NCBI RefSeq assembly: GCF_009914755.1
Contig: NC_060935.1
Strand: one strand, 5' to 3'
DNA: 64,000 nt
Source of the DNA: the human T2T-CHM13v2.0 reference genome, Homo sapiens
The position numbers were made by a program, and so were the translations under genes. The notes beneath the pieces are model-generated. The model ran no database searches. It was not told the origin of the DNA and saw only the letters and a list, made by a program, of their open reading frames with translations. Every line of letters begins with the position of its first letter. Position 1 is the first letter of the stretch. This document shows positions 56,150-64,000 of the stretch, piece by piece.

Positions 56150-56432
56150 AAGGCAAGGAAAGAAAAGGAAGGGAGGGGAAGGGAAGGTGGGGGAAGGGGA
56201 GGCGGAGGGGAAGGAGAAGGGGGAAGGGGAGGGGAGGAGAGGGGGAGGGGGAGGGGAAGGGAAGGGAAGGGGGAGGGGGAGGAGAAGTGGGAGAGGAAGG
56301 GGAAGGGAAGGGGGAGGGGGAGGAGGAGTGGGAGGGGAAGGGGAGGGGAAGGGGAAGAGGAAGGGGAAGGGAAAGGGAAAGGGGAAGGGGAGGGGGAGGG
56401 GAAGGGAAGGGAAGAAAGAAGAAAAAGGTAGA
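56150..56432. repeat. Polypurine (GGGGA/GGGAA)n low-complexity tract
   Basis: About 280 bp almost purely G/A, following an Alu 3' end. Confidence 0.93.
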
Positions 56433-56738
56433 AGATGTGCCTAATGAAATATGTGATCTAGCTAAGGAGATTTCCAGGCAAAATGTTACAGGTAGTACCT
56501 TATTTCTTCTTCCTGCTTAGAGTAAAACATGAGAGTTGAGAGGCAAGTTATAAACTGACAGGAGCTCTGTTAAACCAAAAATAGTTAGAATTTGATGATT
56601 TTGAAAATTCCCAGCCTCAGCCAGGTGCAATGGCTCATGCCTGTAATCCCAGCATTTTGGGAGGCTGTGCAGGTGGATCACCTGAGGTCAGGGCTTCAAG
56701 ACCAGCCTGACCAACAAGGTGAAACCCCATCTCTACTA

Positions 56739-56897
<159 letters not shown>

Positions 56898-57686
56898 TCA
56901 AAAACAAACAAACAAACAAACAAAGAAGAAGAAGAAAATTCCCAGCCTCTCCAGCCAAAAACAATGCTAAAATTAAGAAATGGCTTCTGGAAAAAGATCA
57001 CATCAGAAAAACATGGTATAAAGTTGAAGCCAAGAGGCCAACAGTATGCCTGTAAATTCCCTAAGACTTCAGGTCTAAGGCAATAGAACCATTCAAACAA
57101 TAAGGGCTTCTAGAAACGTTAAAGGATTTGTCTATCAGCATGAGCCCAAGGTAGGGGGGCTTATCTCAAAGAGATTTGTGGGCATAGTCTAATGAAGTGA
57201 ATAAGGTCCATAGAAATCTACAAAGTTTTTAAGAGAATTGTATTGGCAGAAACACTGACAACTTGGACTGTAAAGGACAGAGACAACAGAAATGGAAAAG
57301 AGGCATTCGAACCCTCAAACTTCTATAGACAGGATGCAGGCCAAGAAAATTACTCAGCTGCAAACACAGACTACCTTTTATGGAAAATGAAAGATGACTC
57401 AGGAAGTAGAACTAAGAGACCAAGAGCCATGGATTATTATTCTCAGGCCTTGCTTCAAGGGCTTTCCTCTAAAGCTAGAGACCGAGAACTGAAGCCCAGG
57501 TCGCCTCTGCTCTGGATCCCCAAATCCATGTGAGGGATCTGTCTTTTCCCAACCCCACCCTCCCCGTCTGGCATGGCCTCAAGGGCAGAACCTAGCATCT
57601 TAGCTCTTCCTTCTCCTCTCCAAATCTCCCAGCCCAGAAAGAATGTGCTGCTGTTGTTTTTTTCTCTTCTTCTTAATTTTTTTTAG

Positions 57687-57848
<162 letters not shown>

Positions 57849-58071
57849 TAGAGACAGGGTCTTACTATGTTGCCCAGGCTCGTCTCAAACTCCTAGCCTC
57901 AAGCGATCCTCCTGCCTTGGCCTCCCAAAGCATTGGGGTGAGCCACTGCGCCCAGCCCTGTTTTGTTTTTTCCACATGTTTTCTCAACTAGATATACAAC
58001 TACTTTTCCAAACTATTCCAAGCCTCTCCCCTTCAGGCATTAGAACCCAAGAATTAAAGAAATAAAGTTTC

Positions 58072-58935
<864 letters not shown>

Positions 58936-60599
58936 TTTAAGAAAGAAATAAAGTTTCTATTTTATTCCTTTCTTTGAACCAACAGGGACAAGATCTAGAT
59001 TGAAGAGAGAAAAGGGAGGGTTGACAAAGGAATTTCAAAGCAATACTGCAAAATCCTATTCACCACAAGTATCATTATTATTCCCATTTTACACATAAGG
59101 AAACTGAAGCTTAGTGAGATTAAGAAGCTGGAGTTCTTGGAGCAGAGCGCTGGATTTAGAGCCAGAAGCCAAGGTTGGAACTTAGGCATCTGCTACTGGT
59201 GTCCTAACTCTCCCTTCCTCTCCCTTACTTGGGCAATCCTGGTGTCGGGCCCACCTCAGCCTCCCTGAGGCCTGATGGTCTGGCTGTGCCACCATGCAGC
59301 TCCAATCCCAGTACTGCCCCAGGAGAAATCCCTGCCTCCTCCTCCAGTGAGTCTTGGTGATCCCTCTCAGACCTTCCTCCATGCAGTCCAGTGTCAGGTG
59401 GAAGCACTGGGGCTCCTGTGAAGCATCAGCTCCACATCTGCCTGGCTTGTGACCTGGGGCAAGTTTCTTCTTCTGCCTGAGCCTCAGCTTCCTGGTGTGT
59501 AAATTGGGGATTATAACAGGGATTCAGTATATATTCACTGAGGACCTGCTCTGGCAGGCAATGCATTAAAAGCTGGGGGTACACAAGGGAGTGAGGCTGT
59601 CCCAGGGTCCCCGTGCACACCCAGCACAATGGACGCCTCTGGTGGCATCAGTGAGGGCAGCTATCCTGTGTCACAGGGTTTGTGTGACCTGCAGCCAGCA
59701 GCCCAGCGGTCTGGTGGTGTCCTGCTTGGTGGAAGTCTCGCAGGGAGATTCTCTGTGACTAACGAGTGTCTTTTCCCCTAAAGGATGTGCCGTCGGCTGC
59801 TTTCTTGTTTCATCTAGCCGCTGGGCCCCAGAACAGTTGGCAAAGCAGTTGGTATCTTTGGCTATTTTTAGGTGGAGGAGTTAGCGGGGTGGATATAGTA
59901 GGGCCCCAGGGGAGTCTGGTAGATGGGGAACTTCAGGTGCAACAAGTTTGTGGGGGTGGGAGTGGCAGCGGCTCCCTCTCAGGAATGTTTAGGCAAACTA
60001 AACATGCATCCTTCATAATGGAAGTCAAAAGCCACCTCCTCTGTGCAGTCTTCCTTGATTTTCTCATTAAACACCCCCACCGCCCCCCACAAGACCAAAG
60101 ACTTGATCTGGAACTATAATCCAGCCTTTATAGTTCCAGACCAAGAGTACTGAGCAATAGGGACCTTACCTGATGCAGACAAGGTTTCTCTTCTGCACCT
60201 CTGAGGCTCCATCCCTAGTCAGAACGACAAGGTACGAAGTTAGGAGTTGAGACTGAAGCCACTCATACAGCTGAGATTCTCTCTTGGCCCGTTTCTAGCA
60301 AACTACAACAAGCAAGTCACTTTTGTAAATCTATTTCCTCATCTGTAAAATGGGCAACTATCGTGCCTGCCTCCCAGGATTAAAGTAAAGGGTTTAATTT
60401 GCTCAAAGCACAGCGCACAGCGCCTAACGTAGACTGATAGATCTCTCGCAAGCCCCAGGCCCAGAAGGGGCGGTGCTCCCCCAAAACTCTCTTTCCTTTG
60501 CAGCACAGCGGGGGGTGTGTGCATCCTGGCGGAGGGGAGGGGACTGAGGGGAGGGGAATGGGGGGTGCCCGAGCTGGGCTGGAAGACAGGTCTGCGACT

Positions 60600-61800
60600 C
60601 TGGTCAACTGCAGCTGCTTTCCCCGGCCTCCACCGCTGCCGCACACCCCCTTTGCCTTTAGCATTTTCCTCCTCTCCTCTAATTGCGTGGCGTCCCCAGA
60701 TGGTAGGCGGGGTGTCGGAGCTGGGGGTGGGTAGTCCCGGGCCTAAGGCTAGGGAAGGGGCCTCCAGCGCCGTGTGAGGGCCCTGACCGACAGTGGGGAG
60801 GGGCGCCCGTGTCTCTGGGAGAACCCCGGAGTCCCCGGAAATGGAGGCGGAGTTTGGGGAGTCTGAAATGGGGGAGGGGTCGTGTAGACTACGGGGGAGT
60901 CCTGAGCCGGCTAGGAGGGGCAAGGGAGTCCCTCAGACGGAGTGGAGAGCGGGGCTTCCCTGGTCAGAGGGCGGTACCAGGGGAAGGGCGTGGTCTCCTG
61001 CGAAGGGGCGGAGCTCCGCCTACGAAGGCTGAGCATCGCCGCAAGAGGCGGAGTCTGGAGCGAGGCGGAGCTCTCCTAGGGGCGGGGAAAATGGGGCGGG
61101 GCCTCCGGACAGGGGGCGGAGCGTGGCTGTTCGCGCTCATCCCCCTCCCCCGGCCCTGGGTGTCCCCGTGACGAGGCAGCGCGGAGCCGCCGCGGGCCGG
61201 GCCCATCCCGCCGCAGCGGCCCGGGGCCGAGCAGGGGCTAGGCGGGGAGGGAGCGGCGCCCAGCGGGGCCCGGAGCGTGGCCAGGTGAGGCCGCCGGGGC
61301 GGAGGGGGCGGGGGCTGCGCCAGGCGGGCCCCGGCGGGCGCGGGGGGCGTGTTTGCGTGTCTGGGGGTGGTGGAGGGAGTGGGTCCGAGGGCGGGCGCCG
61401 GTGGCTGCTGCGCGCCCGCGCGTCCCTGCGGTCGCGGGTGCGGGTGGTCTCTGCGCCGTCCGGGCCCGGGGCGTGCGGGGCCGTGCACGCGCGCGTGTTG
61501 TGCGGAGGGGCCGCCGGGTGTGGACCTGCGTAGGTGCTGGGCCGCGGTTCCCGTTCTGCCCGCCCGGGGCGCAGGGCGCGGGCCTGCCCCGGCGCGGTCC
61601 CTCTGGCGCGGGGATGTTTTCCAAACGGGCTGCCTGCGGGAGACGGCTGTGCTGCAGCCCGAGCTCGAGGGGGGAGCGCCGCCTCCGCAGGCCTCCTGAG
61701 ACCCGGGCGGCTGGGGACGCAGACAGACACCTGAGGGAGGGAAGAGCGCGCACCCAGGAGGAGTCTATTGGCCTACCCGCAGGGGGAGGCCGAGATGGGG
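60600..61800. promoter_or_regulatory. PELI3: PELI3 CpG-island promoter with GC-box cluster
   Basis: Very high CpG; at least six GGGCGG/GGCGGAG boxes between 60969 and 61121. Confidence 0.9.
61170..61284 (+). other. PELI3: PELI3 non-coding exon 1 (start approximate)
   Basis: Donor CCAG/GTGAGG at 61284/61285 downstream of the GC boxes. Confidence 0.7.
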
Positions 61801-62385
61801 AGACTGAGGCAGATGGTGAGGCGGAGGCGGGCAGACAGGCAGAGATGGGGAATGGGGGGAGAGAGACGGCAAAAAGGACAGCGGCTGGGAGGACAGAGAG
61901 TCATTGAGAAAGCAGATGGACAGACAGAGGCCTAGACCTCAAAGGGGCAAGAAAGATTCAGATGGACAGGTAGATTCAAAGAACCTGTCAGAGAGGCTAA
62001 ATCAGAGGTCCAGAGGCTAAGAGCTATAAGCAGGAACTGAGTCTGAGATGAGGGGTAACGGCCCCCAACTCATTGGGTGCCCCGCTTTGAAGCACATCCC
62101 AGACTGGGATCTTGGCCAAAAAGCAGCCTCTGGCCACCCCAAGTTGGTCCATCTCTTTGGCACCACTGAATATCCTGACTCTCTTCACTGTGCCACCCCT
62201 CCCTGGTATCCCAGCAACCTCGGGCAGTTTAGAGGAGGCAGAGGGGAAGTGGTTGCCATAGCAGTAGAGGCGGTGAAAGGTCACCCTTGCCTTAGCCTAG
62301 GCGGCCCTGCAGCAGGCTGCAGCTGGAATTGAGCCGGGCTGGGGTGGGAACCTACAAAGCTCTTTTCTCTCCCACTCTGCCCAGA

Positions 62386-62537
62386 ATGGTGCTGGAAGGA
62401 AACCCTGAAGTGGGGTCCCCCCGAACCTCAGACCTCCAGCACCGGGGGAACAAGGGCTCTTGCGTTCTCTCCTCTCCCGGTGAAGATGCGCAGCCAGGCG
62501 AGGAGCCCATCAAGTATGGTGAACTCATCGTCCTGGG
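62386..62537 (+). CDS. PELI3: Pellino E3 ubiquitin ligase 3, first coding exon (gene continues beyond window)
   Basis: cccag/A ATG; MVLEGNPEVGSPRTSDLQH...PIKYGELIVLG Pellino N-terminal motif; donor GG/gtgagc. Confidence 0.95.
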
Positions 62538-64000
62538 GTGAGCATCCCTGGCCTAGAAGGGGTGAAGCACCAGACACCCACCCAACGCAGCCAGAACAAG
62601 GGCCCGACCCCTCCTCCCCCCACATAGGGCCTTCAGCTGTTTGTCCCTCCTCACCTTCCTAGCTGAAAGACAAAATTGACCAAACCCACCTCAATTCATA
62701 ATTATTATTTTATCTTCCCATTTTTCACAAAGTACTGTGACAACTCTAACCACCCAACTTCCTGATCAGATGAGAAAAATGTTAACACCAGCTGCCTTTC
62801 CTAAAGCACCTAGTGTGTGTGGTGTGGGGTGAAGAACTCTGGTTCTCCAGCAAAACTGCTTGGTTCAAATCCTGCCTCTGCAAGTTGCTGAACTTCCCTG
62901 TGCCTCTGTTTCCCCTGTTTTGCAAATGGGGATGATAATAATCCCTTCCTCAGAGGGTTGTTGGAAGAAATGAATGAGGTGATTTCTGTAAAGTACATAG
63001 AACAGCGCCTAGCACATATCGAGTGTTCTGGGAGGCAGGCCTGTGCCAAGCCCTTTCATGGACATTATTTCATTTCAATCTTCACAAAGATGCTGTGAGG
63101 AAGGAGGTGAGGAAACCGAGGCTCAGAGAGGGGAAGTGACTGGCCCAAGGGCACACAGCTGGTAAGTGGCAGGGCTGGGATTTGGACCCAGGTCTTTCTT
63201 ACTCTAGGTCTAGTGCGCTTTCACTAAGCCACAGCTGACCCTCACACTACAGATGAGAAAGCCAAGGCCAGGAGAGAGGAAGCAACGTGATCTGGCGGCC
63301 TGGCCAACCTCATCCCTTCCTGGTCTTTGCCTGACCAGGATCCCTGCACCATCCACTCAGATCTTTCCCCAGGGACAGACCCTCTTCCTCCTCCCCCATC
63401 TGGATCTCCTTTTGGCCTCTCTTTGCCATCAGTCCTAAAGAAACTATTTGATAAGCTATATTATCATTAAGATTTTTTTTTAATGGCTGTTTGTTGACAC
63501 ATGCTTTAAAAAAAAAAAAAGCAGTAATAGTGAACACTTATCAAGGGCTTCCTATAAATATGCCAAACTCTGTGCCAAGCGCTTTTAAATGCTTTGTCTC
63601 ATTTAGTTCTCAAAATGAACCTGCGAGGTAGGTCCTAAAAAATTAGCTCCATTTTACAGAGGTCATGTGATAAGTGGAAGAGCCAGATTTAAGCCAGGCC
63701 CATCTGTGTCCCAAGCCTGTGTCCTGAACTGTCCCACCTCAAGACCTGCCCCCCATGTGTGAGAAGAGCTCACAAGGGCAAAAGTGATGTCTCCCTTGGG
63801 AGAAGCTGCCTTGGAAAAGCAGCTGCTTCATATCCCAAAGGCAGGACTGGCTTTCCAGCCCAAGGCAAGGCCACTAATGTGGGAGGCTGCAGACCCATGG
63901 GTATGGACCCTCCTGTCAGCCCCCTTGGGGAGCAGAGTCCACACTGGCTGCATATCAGAGCTGGCTGGAGGGCACTGAAAATACACATTGACAGGCCCTC

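Noticed and set aside
56028-56520. Gly/Arg/Glu/Lys-rich ORFs
   Set aside because: Artefact of the polypurine tract
60339-61907. Multiple 170-197 aa ORFs on both strands
   Set aside because: PELI3 CpG island; the recognisable coding start is 62386

Overview
Primate (human-like) genomic DNA, recognisable as the NPAS4 - MRPL11 - PELI3 locus (human 11q13, assigned from recalled protein sequences, not a search). It contains the complete 8-exon NPAS4 gene (+, CDS 15527-20336, 802 aa after splicing), the complete 5-exon MRPL11 gene (-, CDS 33099-30352, 192 aa), the CpG-island promoter and first two exons of PELI3 (+), and a TSD-flanked processed copy of the glutaredoxin-like gene C5orf63 with an intact 115-aa ORF. 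The first 22 kb is Alu-poor and rich in regulatory motifs (CArG, MEF2, AP-1, CRE, RFX, NF-kB, REST/RE1). The 22-59 kb stretch is a dense nest of Alu, LTR/ERV and L1 elements. No prokaryotic-type system or CRISPR is present, and nothing here is demonstrably a new biological system. Most noteworthy: a five-unit periodic RE1 array in NPAS4 intron 1; a candidate spliced lncRNA from a CpG island 12 kb upstream of NPAS4; a stop-free in-frame intron 3; the intact retrocopy with a CxxC-to-RxxC change; an AluY-L1 chimera inside one TSD pair; a perfect 49-bp-arm palindrome between two different Alu subfamilies; a solo LTR12 aimed at MRPL11; and a MER41 GAS site split by a nested LTR. Repeat family names come from memory of consensus sequences and need Dfam/RepeatMasker confirmation.
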